NCBI RefSeq assembly: GCF_009914755.1
Contig: NC_060925.1
Source: the human T2T-CHM13v2.0 reference genome, Homo sapiens
Strand: one strand, 5' to 3'
Length of the DNA stretch: 64,000 nt
Part shown: positions 41,736 through 57,596 of the stretch, one piece after another
How positions within the stretch are numbered: position 1 is the first letter of the stretch
How the letters are laid out: each line of letters starts with the position of its first letter
Position numbers and translations under genes: made by a program
The notes under the pieces: generated by a model
What the model was told of the DNA's origin: nothing
The model's input: the letters and a program-made list of their open reading frames with translations, nothing else
Databases searched by the model: none

Positions 41736-42946
41736 TCACACGTCCTCTTCATATTTCATTGTTTTGCCTTTGAGATGAGGAAGAATGTAGGCACGAGCCT
41801 TAACTGTGCTGAGAAAAGACGGCACATGAAAATCTGAGCTCAAAATGTAAAACCTGTGAGTAGAGTTAGAGTAAAAAGTGGAGTGTGCTGCAACAACAGT
41901 AGACTTGCTGGAATGATGAGGTGGTGGCTTGCCTTGGGATTTTTGTTTTTTAACAGTGTATTAGGAATAATAAGGTTGCTCCAGGTGCTAAATTTCTTAC
42001 TCCCCTTCTTTAGAAGTTGGACCTAGGCTGAGGGTCCACAGTTTTTAAATGTTTTGGAGTTTTCTGTTTTTGTTTTTCAAATGGATTCCCTGATCACCTT
42101 TGCCTTGAATCCCCAGAACTAACCTGCCTAAGAAGAGAGGAAAACTGTTGATGTAGTGGGAACGCTCCCTCCTCGAGCATTAACCGGGTTGACCCCACCC
42201 CTCTGTCCTCGCTGTCTTCAGTCCAATCAAGATCGGAAAGCAGGATCAAGAGAAAGATGATCAGACCGGAACAGGTAAACGTTCCATATAGAGATGCTTC
42301 GGAAGTGCGGAGAAGTGACAGCTTATCCCCTCTCAGGCCGTCATGTTCTCTCAGCAGACCCTCTGAATTACTGATGTCAGAACTTATTGGCTGGGCTACA
42401 GCACATAAGCAACTCCTAGAGTTTTAAGACATTAAAAGAAGGTGATTTCAGACAAGAAATCTAGCGCACCATTCAGGTTTCTCCTCGTGTCGAGGCATTG
42501 CTTCTCTCCCTTCCTGACTCTTCCTGCCAGACTTCACCGTCACAGCTCTAATCACACCCTGACTGATCTGATCCCGCCCTGCCACGAGGCCCGGGTACCC
42601 CTCAGCGGCGGGGACATCCAGGTGTCCCTGGATTTCCAGGGCACAGTGCGGGCCGGAAATAGGAACACAGAGGAGCCCTTCGGGAGGCTCTCGAGGCAGT
42701 CTCTTTCCAGTGGATAGCGACACACCCTGGTCCCTAAGATTCTCATGCTCTCCGAATTTTCCGTCCTGGACCCGATCTGTAGGGCGCAAAGTCCCCTGTA
42801 CTGAGGCGTTCCCAGGGCGCCCGCCTCCCGCGTTTACATTTCTTAGGCAAAAAGGCAGCGGAGCTAAGCAGGGGTGTTTGGAAGGCGCCCGTTGCGCTGT
42901 TTGACTGCGTGGCTTCACTTGGCCCGCGTGCATCAGCCTCTCTGGC

Positions 42947-43241
42947 GGGGGATTCTCCCCGGACTCCGGCCAGCGCCAATCAGGTCGCGCGGTACCTGCC
43001 CCCAGCCCTGGCCACCTGGAGGGGCGATGAGGCTCCACGCCCGGAGCAGGGCAGTCCTCGGAGCGCCGGGGAGGCCGCGGAGCCTCACGTGTGCCGCCCC
43101 AGCCGCGGGCGCCCGGAAGGACGCGCTGCGACCCCGTGGGAGCCGAACGCGGGAGTCGCTGCCCGAGCGGAGCTGCTCAGCCGCGGTAACGGGTCGGGGC
43201 CTCATCGTGCAGGGGAGCGAGCGGAGGGGCGGGGCGGGGCG
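42947..43241 (+). promoter_or_regulatory. Proximal promoter motif cluster (TATA-less)
   Basis: NF-kB-like GGGATTCTCC 42949-58; CCAAT 42976-80; E-box CACGTG 43086-91; ETS core CCGGAA 43113-18; tandem Sp/KLF GC boxes GGGGCGGGGCGGGGCG 43226-41. Confidence 0.65.
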
Positions 43242-43244
43242 CTG

Positions 43245-43328
43245 GCGGGCTGAGGAGCCGCCGGGCTCGGGCTCCGCGCGGGGATGTGTCTGGCCACCGC
43301 GTACTTTCGAGGGCGCCTCAACACCCGG
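43245..43328 (+). other. Probable first exon of an unidentified + strand gene (5' end approximate)
   Basis: Directly downstream of the GC boxes; strong donor CGG|GTAAGC; contains ATG 43284 (15 codons to the donor). Confidence 0.65.
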
Positions 43329-45399
43329 GTAAGCGCGCCCCGGCTGCCTCCCTCTGCCCACCGCGCCGCCTTCAGCGTAGCAGTTCCCCACTGGGTCTGG
43401 GTCTGCGCCCTGGCTCTCCCTCTCCGCGCCAGGGGCCTCTCGCTCCGAGGGGCGCGGCGACTCGGGGGCATCTCCGGCCTCGTGGCCAGACCGCGGGTGG
43501 CGGTGCTCGCGCCTCGGGGCCGGACTTGCCGGGTCCCTGCCCCCGGGCCGTGCCGAAGGCGCTCTACTCAGCGTGTCTGCAGCGACCCGCTTCTCTGCGC
43601 TTTCAGCCGGGCCGGACCTCACGCGGACGCCGCTGCTGCTGCTGCGCCTCGCGCCCGCCGCCACCCGGGGAGCATGAGGCCGGGGCAGGGGACCCGGGTA
43701 GGGTGGGGGCCGACCGGCGGGGTCTGCTGGGCCAATGCGCCGCCGTCGGTCAGTGAGTCCGGATTCGTGCCGGCAACTGTGGGCAGCCTTGAGACCGGGG
43801 CTCGGTTTGCTGGTGATTTTTCCGAAGTTTTACAAAATAAAGAGGGCGAAGTGCCTTCGCGGCGCGGCGTGGGCATGCAGGCGGCAGGGCCTGTGGGAGC
43901 CGGCGTCTCGGCCAGCGAGTCTGGGGCCAGGACAGCGGGGGTAGGACGGAGAAGCCGGACGTGCCCGTGGGGCCGCGGTGTCCTTGCTCCCGAGGCCCCA
44001 GAGCGGGCGACCGCACTCCGATTCCAGAGGGCCCTGCGCGCTCAAGGCGCCGGCCACACGGAAGCCTCCGCCCCGCGGCCCAGAGGAGGGCCTGGCCAAG
44101 CAGAGAGCAGAGCGGGCAAGCAGAAGGCAGTGTGGGGACGAGGCCCGCATTGGGCTGCTGGGACCCCGCCACCCGGCCTGGCCTGGGTGGGGCGGGTAGA
44201 GGCCGAGAGCCGCGCGCCGGGGCCCTGGGTGGGTGGCATCCTGGTTCTCTGCGGCTCCGAAGGCCGCGAGGGAAGTCAGGGGTGCAGATCTGTTCCCTCG
44301 GTCAGCGCCCTTTGGCCGACACACACCAGCCGTGTTTTCCTGTCACACTGGGGGTTCCTTTCCTCTGAGTGGAACTGTGGGGCCCTGGAAGTTTGCTAGT
44401 CCTGGCAAGTTTGACGTGACGGGGACGCAGTCATCCAACCTGCAGGCGGAGGCCCGCAGGCACTTTCTCCTGTCATTTCGCCCACCTGGGCCCTCCCCCA
44501 GGGCGCCCAGGGGGCCCCATCCTGAGATTCCGAGGGGGCCGCAGCGTGGCTGGCAGGACCGACGTCTGCGCAGTTGCGTCTGTGTCCTGCTTGGTCCTCT
44601 AGCAGCTGAGCCAGACACATGTTTTATGTCGTGTGGGAGACAAACAATAACTGCGGGCGTCAATCCCGCATGTTCGCTTTGCCTAAGATTCGCTGGAGTC
44701 TGTGTCCTGAGGGGAAAGGCAGCTTTCCTTCTGCCCTAATGAAATACTTGCATGTAACAGACGTTCAGACCCTGAAAGAGGTGGACCCCGGGGAAGGAAC
44801 AGTAAAGGTACATGCTCTGAAAACAGATTTTCTTAGCCTTCTCTAGGGAGGTTTCAGTTCCCATGCCTAAGAGCATCTAAACCAGCAGGTACAGACAGGG
44901 TCATGCTGGCGTCCAGAGGGGAAGTAATGTGTGGCTCTCGGAGGGTCCTGCTGGGGCATCAGGCAGATCGGCAGCGGCCCTGCCAGGGCTAGAGATCTGC
45001 ATTCAGTTACCTCATCAGGCATACTGTTCTGGAAAGGCAAGGTGAGATGGGCTCGTGCAGATGAGAGCAGGTCCCCCTGTTTGGCCCAAGAATCTCTGTT
45101 TTTTCTCTAGCTTGCCGTCTGTAACTGGAAATGACCCCGGCTTAGTTCAGGGAGTGCTTCAGCCTGAGTGCAAACATCAGCTGGTAACAGGGGAGCCTGG
45201 CCCCAGCACAGTCCAGTCCTCACCCAGAGGCCCACGCTGGGATTTTCCTGATCTGCAAACTTTAGAAGGCTGAGGTGGATGAGAGGAGAAGTTGGGAATC
45301 TTCTGGGTGGCCACTTAACAAAAAAGTCATTTGACTCTGGTAGGGCCATTCCAGGGTCTGTCCATTGTGAAAAGTGCCCTGGGGTTTAGAATCTGGCCT

Positions 45400-45615
45400 G
45401 GTGATTATTAACATTAATGAAAGTTGCTAACATTTATTAAGTACCTGCTATGTGCCAGACACAAGGTTTTGCAAAATTACTATTATTTCCCCATTTTTCG
45501 TGTGATGAAACTGAGTTTGGGGGTAGGGTAAACGATTTGCCAAGATCATAAAGCTAGTTAATGGCAGAGCAGAGCTTGAAGCCCAGGTCTCTTTGGTTCC
45601 AAAGTCACTACTCCT
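45400..45615 (-). mobile_element. MIR
   Basis: TGCTAACATTTATTAAGTACCTGCTATGTGCCAG...CCCATTTT..GATGAAACTGAG...TTTGCCAAGATCA. Confidence 0.8.
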
Positions 45616-45799
45616 TCCTCGGGGCCACTTTCTTCCAATTAAGAACAGACACACATGTGGTAGCTGGAAATCCAGAATTGTCGTGAATAAAGACTCTTAC
45701 TTGTAGATCCAAGAGATATTTATAACCCCATTAGACTCTAGACTTCAGAAAGTGCTGGCCTGGTAAACAGCCAGCACTTCCTTCTCTCTGTCACTCAAG

Positions 45800-46450
45800 G
45801 GTTTAACTCCTACACAAAGGACTAATTTCTTATTAAGTACAAATCTTTCAACTAGCAAACATCAAAGAGATAAACCGTTGATGAGGTTGTAGAAAAACAG
45901 GTACTTTCATATATTGCTGCTGGGAGAGTAAATTGGTACAACTTTGGAGGGCATTTTTGGAAACACTTGTCAAAATTATAAATGCCCATGCCATCTGACC
46001 TAGTGATTCCATTTTTAGGAATTGAACTTGTTGTTAAACTTGCATATGGGCACAAAGATATATGTACATTATAGCACTGTTCGAACTGTGAAAGAACAAC
46101 TTACATGCTTATCAAAGGGGGACTTGTTAAGTGTCTTATGGTACTTCCAGAGAGTCAAATAGCGTCCTATTCATTCATGGAAAAAAGAATTAGTAAGTTT
46201 ACTATATAACTGATATGGAATGATTTCCAAGATATATGGCTAAGTGGAAAAAACAACATGCCTGGAGTGTTTATAATATGCTGCTGCTCGTGTTATACAA
46301 GAGGAAGGAGAGTCTTAGGGTATTTGCTTGTCTGTGTATAACTATAGACACAAAACCTAATCATACCTGTTACCTCCAGGAAAAGTGGCCTGTAAACCCT
46401 TTTGTACCTTTTGAATTCTGAACCATGGGAATACGTTAACTATTTTAAAA
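45800..46450 (+). mobile_element. L1ME-type 3' fragment
   Basis: TGCTGCTGGGAGAGTAAATTGGTACAACTTTGGAGGGCA...TTTTGTACCTTTTGAATTCTGAACCATG. Confidence 0.72.
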
Positions 46451-47695
46451 TTCTCTTTGTCCGTCCTGTGCCTGGTATGTTCCCTCAAACACTTTTCCAG
46501 CTTAACATTGTGGGGTGACGTACCCCACCCCCTTTTGGTTGCTTGAGAGGTTCCCTTTGGATTAAAAGCCAAAGGGCTGTGAGACTGCACAGTGCCCATA
46601 GTATCTGGGCCATCCAGTATTCCTTTGAAATATACAGAGTTGTACTTGGAAAGCTGGGGAGAGGTGTCTTTGGACAGCAGGCTCTCTGAGCTGGGTAGGC
46701 AAGTTATGATCATCCAGCCTTGAAAACAATCTGCAGAAATAGAAACCACCCCTTTCTCTATTGCCCTAATGTTCCCTTGTACAGGATAAAGTGTCAGCGA
46801 CTGGATAGGATTGGGTAAAGGAGCAAGAGGAACACTGTGACTGGACATCAGAAAGGGCAAAAGATACGTAGGAGGGCTATTTCTGGTGTTGCATTTGGAC
46901 CTCAAAAAGGTGAAGAGAGAGATGCTTGAAAAAAAAAAAAAGGTTTGACATTATCCTAGAGTCTAGGGCTGTATTGCCCCAGAGAAAGAAGGAAGATTAT
47001 TGGCGCAGTTGTCACTGCATCAATCAGTGTGTCCTACATGCCCCTTTGAGCATTTCTTATCAGCACAGATGCCCGGCTCAGTTCCCCCTACTTCCAAGCA
47101 CCCATTTTTGCTGATTCCTCAGCCTGGAAGCTGATGGATACACAAAGGGGATGGGGGAGATATTAGGTACTGCCTTTCTTTTTGGGGTGGGTGATGGGAC
47201 AGGCTCTTGAATAGCAGAAACAATGGAAGAAGGACTTGCTTCCAGCCACAAAAGATGGGTCCTCCAACACCATTAGGTGGAAAGCCTTCATTGAGAGCTT
47301 TCTATGTTTCAGTCACTCTGCTAAGCCTACACTATTTCATTGAATCTCTTTATCTCGGGTATATGTGAGAGCCCAGGCTCTTTGGTATCAAGCAGCATGT
47401 CTTTCTGCTCTCCCTTCACTGACTTTTCCATTCTCTACGCAGTAAGCTGCAGCACAGGCGCAACTGCATCACATGGGTGCTTACAGACCTGGTTTTGGGT
47501 TATAACAGTATGTGGCTGAGCATTGCATGCTTTGATGGATCAGTTGAAATTTCTGCAGTATGGATAGATTTGTACAAGGCACAGTTCAGAAACAAAGCAG
47601 TCAGTGTTCTGGGTTTGGATTTCCATTTCTCTTATTTCTGTTTCTGTGTGTGCATTAGGGCTGGGGCTGAGTAGACTGTGCATGTGATGTTCCTA

Positions 47696-47752
47696 GGGAA
47701 AGGGGGAGGAGGGGGAGGGGGAGGGGGAGGAGGAAGAGGACTAGGAGGAGGG
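47696..47752 (+). repeat. G/A-rich low-complexity tract
   Basis: GGGGGAGGAGGGGGAGGGGGAGGGGGAGGAGGAAGAGG. Confidence 0.88.
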
Positions 47753-49307
47753 CAGCTTCTCATTGCTTTGGTCCAGACACCAGTGGTGTGGAAGGCTGTG
47801 AAGATGAGCTTGTGAGGCCCTGTGTCTGCACCCAAGGAGAAAGGTCAGCAAGGTGGCCACTAAGCCCCAAGTCTGTGCTGGGAGTCTGTCTGTTGTTTGG
47901 AAAAAACAGCCTGAGACCTGAGAGCCTCTCTCATTGCAAACCTCCTCCCTCTCATTAGCCAGGGCTCACCTCTGACTCCGTTTCCACTTCAAAAGGAAAC
48001 AGCTCTAATTTTCCCCAAATAAATTCTGGAACGCACAAGGCAGCTGCTTTTTCTTGTGCTGCTGTTGCCCACAGTGGTGGGAGCAAGAAGCTGGGTTGGG
48101 CTCTCAGGTAGGGCTGCCAGAACCCAGCAAGGAGAGGTAAAGTCAGGGAGCCCTATTAGTTTTTAAAAAAAATCACCTTAGGCCAAAAATAAAGATGTTT
48201 ACATAGTATACAAGTAGTGGAGGACCAGTTTAACCACATCAAATTCAGAAAATGTCTGTTGTCAAAGCCCTGAGAACACAGAAGGATGAGCAAGGCATGG
48301 CCCCCAGGTTCAGGTTGCCCACGGGCAGTGCGGGAGAGGAACATTCACATCACCAGCAGTACTCTGCAGACTAAAGAAGCAAACACTAAGTAGAGGAGCA
48401 AGTGACATGCTGTCAGGTGCACAGGGCTAAAGTGAAGCAGAGACTGGCCCAAGGAACTCTGATAAATTATTAAGTCCGTCTTGGAGAAGGTGATTTTTGA
48501 ACTGGGCCTTGAAGGTAAAGTAGTGATTTTGATACATAAGCTCAGGAGAAAGGGTGGAACTCAGACAACAGGTTGGGCAAAGACACAGGGTTACAGTAGA
48601 ATACAGAGTGTTTTAAAAAGCCTTAGTAATTCGTCATTTACCTAACTTCTGCCACAGACATAATACGTGTCATTTTTAATTACTTGTAACATGAAACGTT
48701 TATATCCCCATAAAATAGTCAACTATGATTTTTCATGTGTGTGGTAAAATCAACAGGTATTGACAACAGGCATGTGAAATCAACATTTCTGTTGTATTTA
48801 AATATCCAGCTACTGTGTCACTGTGACTATTTCAGTGGGAAGGTAGCAGAACACTGGAGTAAGAGTGCTGGTGATGAGGATTCGAGTTCTGCCTCAGCAT
48901 TTTATTTGTTTGTTTATTCTCTCATTCATCTACTCTTGCATTCCAAAAACATGATCTTTGTGCCTGGACCAAGTGGAGGGCTGATGATGGAGAGAGAGAA
49001 AAAAGGAAAAGCATGGTCTCTATACTCTCCAGGGACTCACAGTACATGGAAGAGATCACAGAAGAAGGTGGTAACCATCATAAAAGCAGGGATAAGGGGC
49101 TGTGGGAAAACCTAGTGTGTGCTCAATAAATAATGGTGGCTATAATGAATAAACAGCATGATAAGCAGTAGCAGACACCAACAAGAAGACAAATCAGAGG
49201 ACTAAAAAATATTTCTCTGGATTTGGCCAGTGGGTCTCAAAAACTTGTTTATGTCATAAAACCCATGGAAACTGTGGGGCTTTTTGGAGAATACCATGAA
49301 TTATTCA

Positions 49308-49658
<351 letters not shown>

Positions 49659-49849
49659 TTAAATCGAAGAGCACAGGTGCCAAGTGTTAAGAAAACTTTA
49701 TGAACAGAAGCTTTACATTGAGAATATTCTATCAGCTTATTTATTGTCTATGAATTGGGGAAAGACTACCAGGATTCTGTTTTAATGCAGGAAACCCTCA
49801 ATCCAGCTGGTAGAACACCAGGGCTCCACAGAAGCGCAGTTTTGGCAAT

Positions 49850-51370
49850 CAGAAGGTTGTTGATGACTTATCAAGGACAATATCAGTAGAGTAGTGAGGC
49901 CAGAAGCTAGAGGGGGCTGGGGCTGAAAAGTGAGGATTGCATTGTCAAGATGTCAGCAAGTGTTTACTGAATGTCACTGGAGATACAATGTTGGAGGCAG
50001 GGGGATAGGAGGAGACAGTCAAAACCCTACCCTCATGAAGCTTGAAGTCATTCAGGGGAAACAAATTTGTCACAAAACAAATATAAAGTAACACTGTGAT
50101 AAAAGCTATAAAGTGGAGGTGCATGGTATTCTAAGAGTGTTTATCAGAAGGCCTGGGGCCATTCAGGAAGGAGCTGGAAGTCATCCTGAGGAAGTGATGA
50201 TTGAGCTAAAACCTGAAGAATGAGTAGGAGCTAAGGAGGTGAGGTGACTTTGGGAGATGGGAGAGGATATTCCTGGAATGGGCAGAGACCATGGCTAGAA
50301 AGAATATGGCATTTTGAGGCCAGTAGAATTAGGGTTCAGAGAATGAGAGGGGAAATCATACAACATGAGCGGAAGAGGTAGGAAAGGGTTAAACATACCT
50401 CATCTTATCAGCCACATTAAGGATTTTGAGGTTGATTCTAAAGCAAGGGGTAGTCACTGAAGTACTTGAGCAGTAGGATGACAGATTTTCTATTTCAAAA
50501 AGGTCACTTTGGCTGTATAATTGAACAGTTTATTTGAGGTGGTCATGAGAAGATCCAGGGAAACCTGTTAGCAGACTCCTGATGTAGTCCAGGCAAAAAG
50601 TGACAGTTGTTTAGACTGGAAAGTTTGTAGTGGTGGTGGAGAGACATAGATGTGAGAAATTCGAGATGGTAAAATGGAGAGGAAGTGATGGTTTGGATGT
50701 GAGAGTTGGGAGAGAAGGGTGTGGAGGATGAGTTCCAGACTTCCAGCTTTGTACCAGTGGTTGGTGATGCCATTTCCTAAGACAGGAAACAGTGGTAAAG
50801 AACCAGGCTTTGGGGCAAACATTGTGAGTGAGTCTCAGCCAGGAGACTTTGAACCATCTGAGTGGATGGGTCAAGAGAACAGGTGGATATACAGGCAGGA
50901 GTTCAGAGGAGAGGTCCAGGTAGGAGCTATGCCTCTGTTAGTCATCAACATCTAGGGGTAATTGAAACCATGGCATGGATGAGAGTGCCTAGGGAGAGAG
51001 GGTGGGCTTCGAAGAGAAGGCTTGGAATTAAACCTCAAGTAGAAGAGGGTGGTCCTGAAAAGGAGACAGAGAAGGATGAACCAGAGAGATCAGAGAAAAA
51101 CCAAGAGGGAGAAATGTCATGAAAGCCAAGGGCAGAGCATTTCCTGAAGACGAAAAGAGAAAGCATAGGTGCTGCTGAGGAGTGAATTAAGATGAGGACC
51201 TAAAAAGGTCCATTGGCCTTAGGAAAAGAGATCATAGGTGGTTTAAGCAAGAGGTCAGTGACGTGGAGGGCAAAAGCCAGATGTAATTGGTGGAGGAGAA
51301 AATGGAAGATGAGAAATGGAGGCTGCACGTATAAATAAGTCTTTCCAGAGGTTTGCTGTGAAAGTCAGGG
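49850..51370 (-). mobile_element. L2 (nested fragments)
   Basis: Purine-rich reverse L2 text (GAGGAAGTGATGATTGAGCTAAAACCTGAAGAATGAGTAGGAG; TGGTGATGCCATTTCCTAAGACAGG). Confidence 0.78.
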
Positions 51371-51483
51371 AGAAAGAGGGTGATTTTATTCTGTTTTAAT
51401 GACAGAATTGAGGACCTGTAAAAGCCAGTGTATTCTCTAGCAAGCAGACTCAAAAAAGAAGAAAAAGAAAAAAAAGCCAGTGT

Positions 51484-53220
51484 GGAGAACATAGCTACAT
51501 CATACTCAATGATGAAAAACTGAAAGCTTTTCCTCTAAGATCAAGAACAAGGCCTGGAAGAAATTAAAGAAGACATAAACAAATGGAAAGACATCCTGTG
51601 TTCATAGATTGGAAGATTTAATATTTTTATAATGTCCATACTATCCAAAGTGATTGGCAGATACAATGCAATCCCTATCAAAATCCCAACAGCATTTTTC
51701 ACAGAAATAAAAAGCCCTAAAATTCATATGGAACCACAAAAGACCCCAAATAGCCAAAATCTTGAAAAAGAAGGGAAAGCTAGAGGCATCATACTGCCTG
51801 ATTTCAAACTATATTATAAAACTACAGTAATTAAAACAGTATGGTACTGGTATAAAGACACATAGATTAATGGAACAGAATAGAGAGTTCACAAATAAAT
51901 CCACACATGATACGGTCAACTGATGTTTGACAAGAGTGCCAAGAATACGCAAAGTGGAAAGGATAGTCTCTTCAACAAATAGTGTTAGCAAAACTGGATA
52001 TCCCCATACAAAAGAATAAAATTGGGCCCCAATCTTACATCATACACAAAAAATCAATTCAAAATGGATTAAAAACTTGAACATAAGAACTGAAACTGTA
52101 AAACTTTCAGAAGAAAACATAGGGGAAAGCTTCATCACATTAGTCTTGGTAATGATTTCATGGATATGAAAATCACAGGCCACAAAAGCAAAAATGGACA
52201 TGTGGGATTACAAAACCATAAAAGCTTTTGTACAGCCAAAAAAAAAAAAAAAAATCAATAGAGTGAAAAGGCAGCCTATGGGATGGGAGGAAATATTTGC
52301 AAACTGTACATCTGATCAGGGGTTAATTTCCAAAATATATAAGGAAGTCATAAAATTCAATAGCAAAACACAAGCCATTTTTAAAATGGGCTAAAGACTT
52401 TGATAGATATTTCTTCAAAGAAGATATACAAATGGACAACAGCATAGGAAAAGATGCCCCAAATCACTAATTTTCAGAGAAATGTAAATCAAAACCACAA
52501 TGAGATATTATCTTACACCTGTTGGGATGGCAATTATCAAAGTATAAAGCAATAAGAGTTGGTGAAGATGTGGAGAAACTGAAACTCTTGTGCACTGTTT
52601 GTGGGGGGGATGTAAAATGGTGCAGTCACTGTGGAGAGCAATATGGAGGTTTCTCAAAAAATTAAAAATAAAACTACCATATGATCCATCAATCTCACTA
52701 CTGGGTATTTATCCAAAAGAATTAAAATAAGAATCTTGAAAATATATTAGTACTCCCATATTTCTTGCAGCATTATCCACAATAGCCAAGATGGAAACAA
52801 CCATATCCACTCTATGTATACACCACATTTTTAAAAAATCCATGCATAGTGGATTTAATGTGGTGTATACATAAAGAGGAACATTATTCAGCCTTTAAAA
52901 AGAAGGAATTCCTGCTATTTGCAACACAGATGAACCTTGAAGACATTATACTAAGTAAAATAAGCCAGCCACAGAAAGACAAATACTGTATCATTCCACT
53001 TACATGAGGCATCTAAAATAGTCACCACAGAAACAGAGAGTAGACTGGTGATTGCCCAGGGCTAGGGAGAAGGGGGAGTTGGTAATCAATGGGTATAAAA
53101 TTTCAGTTATGTGAGGGATCTGCTGTACAACATTGTGTTTATGGATAATACTGTATTGTGCACTTCAAAATCTGTTAAGAGGGTAGGTCTCATGTTAAGT
53201 ATTCTTACCATAATTTTTTG
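51484..53220 (+). mobile_element. L1MA-type ORF2 3' part and 3'UTR (internally deleted)
   Basis: ORF 51632-51865 (NAIPIKIPTAFFTEI...[22 protein letters not shown]); ends GTTAAGTATTCTTACCA; flanked by AAAAGCCA(G/A)TG. Confidence 0.9.
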
Positions 53221-54089
53221 AAAAGCCAATGGAAAGGGCACAGTTTAATGGAAATGTTATTATAGATGAAAGGAAGGTTAATTCATAGTGTAGTTTCCTG
53301 AGAAAATGGGTGGACAGCATCAAACTGCAGTGGAGGGACTGGTCTTAGGAGAAAGAGGGACCACTCTCCTGGGGTAACTGGAGAGAAGGATAGGATAAGG
53401 GCAGATGTCAATAGGTGTGTATATGGTGGTGGGAAGGCAAGAATGTTACCATCTGATGAAAAGAAGGAAGTTGAAATGTAAATAGAAGGCGAGGCAGGAT
53501 GGAGGAAGAAGTTTATTTTAGAGTGCGTGTGATGAGCACTAGGAGAAAGACTCGGTGAAGAGAGAAAGGGTGAGGACAGTAGAGAAAGATGATAATATTG
53601 GAGCACTTATTAACTGTGTGATATTGAGCCCATTTTCTTACCTAAAAAATAGGAATAACCATGATACCTACCCCACAAAGTTGTAGATGGTACATAGAAA
53701 GTGATTAACAAAGGTATGCTGTTGTTTTAACTTTTATCTTCACTGTCGGTGGCTAGCAGAGTGCTGACCACATGATTGATGTTAATATAAAATATTCACC
53801 AATTCTCCCAGGCGGGTGATATCTCAGAAGCGGAAGGACATCTCTGTATCTATCACTTGTCTTACTTCCCATCTCTGAAGCACCAGTCTCTTTTTTTTTC
53901 TAAGCACTTGGAAGCCTTTCCATGACTCAGTGCTGAAGGATTTGTATGTGGTGCTAAGCCAGGGTAGATTCTGTTAGGGGATTTAATCATACAGGCAGGG
54001 CACTAAGCCAGGGAAAAGGGAGAAGAGGTTTAAGTAATTTAAGAGCTCAATCTCTTCTGACCTTGCTTATATACAGAAGACTTTGGAAC

Positions 54090-57250
<3,161 letters not shown>

Positions 57251-57290
57251 ATGATGTAGACAAGGTTGTTTGCTAAGAGTGAAGAGGATT

Positions 57291-57596
<306 letters not shown>

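Larger units (their letters stand above)
42450..44700. promoter_or_regulatory. CpG island promoter
   Basis: Abrupt switch to very GC- and CpG-dense, repeat-free sequence over ~2.2 kb within a CpG-depleted background. Confidence 0.96.

Noticed and set aside
43632-43645. (GCT)4 as a repeat-expansion locus
   Set aside because: Too short, and common in CpG islands.
43284-44399. 371-aa ORF, and the overlapping 150-240 aa ORFs in the CpG island, as a protein-coding gene
   Set aside because: Low-complexity Ala/Gly/Arg/Pro composition, long frames on both strands because stops are rare at high GC, no recognisable domain, and it reads through a strong splice donor.
45750-45779. 10-bp-arm hairpin AAGTGCTGGC/GCCAGCACTT as a terminator or RNA gene
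   Set aside because: Isolated and near chance level once loop length is free; intrinsic terminators do not apply to a Pol II intron.
46357-46905. 182-aa minus-strand ORF
   Set aside because: Non-ATG start, partly in L1ME, no recognisable homology or clear splice context.
47632-47835. Polyproline ORF on the minus strand
   Set aside because: Simply the reverse translation of the G-rich tract.
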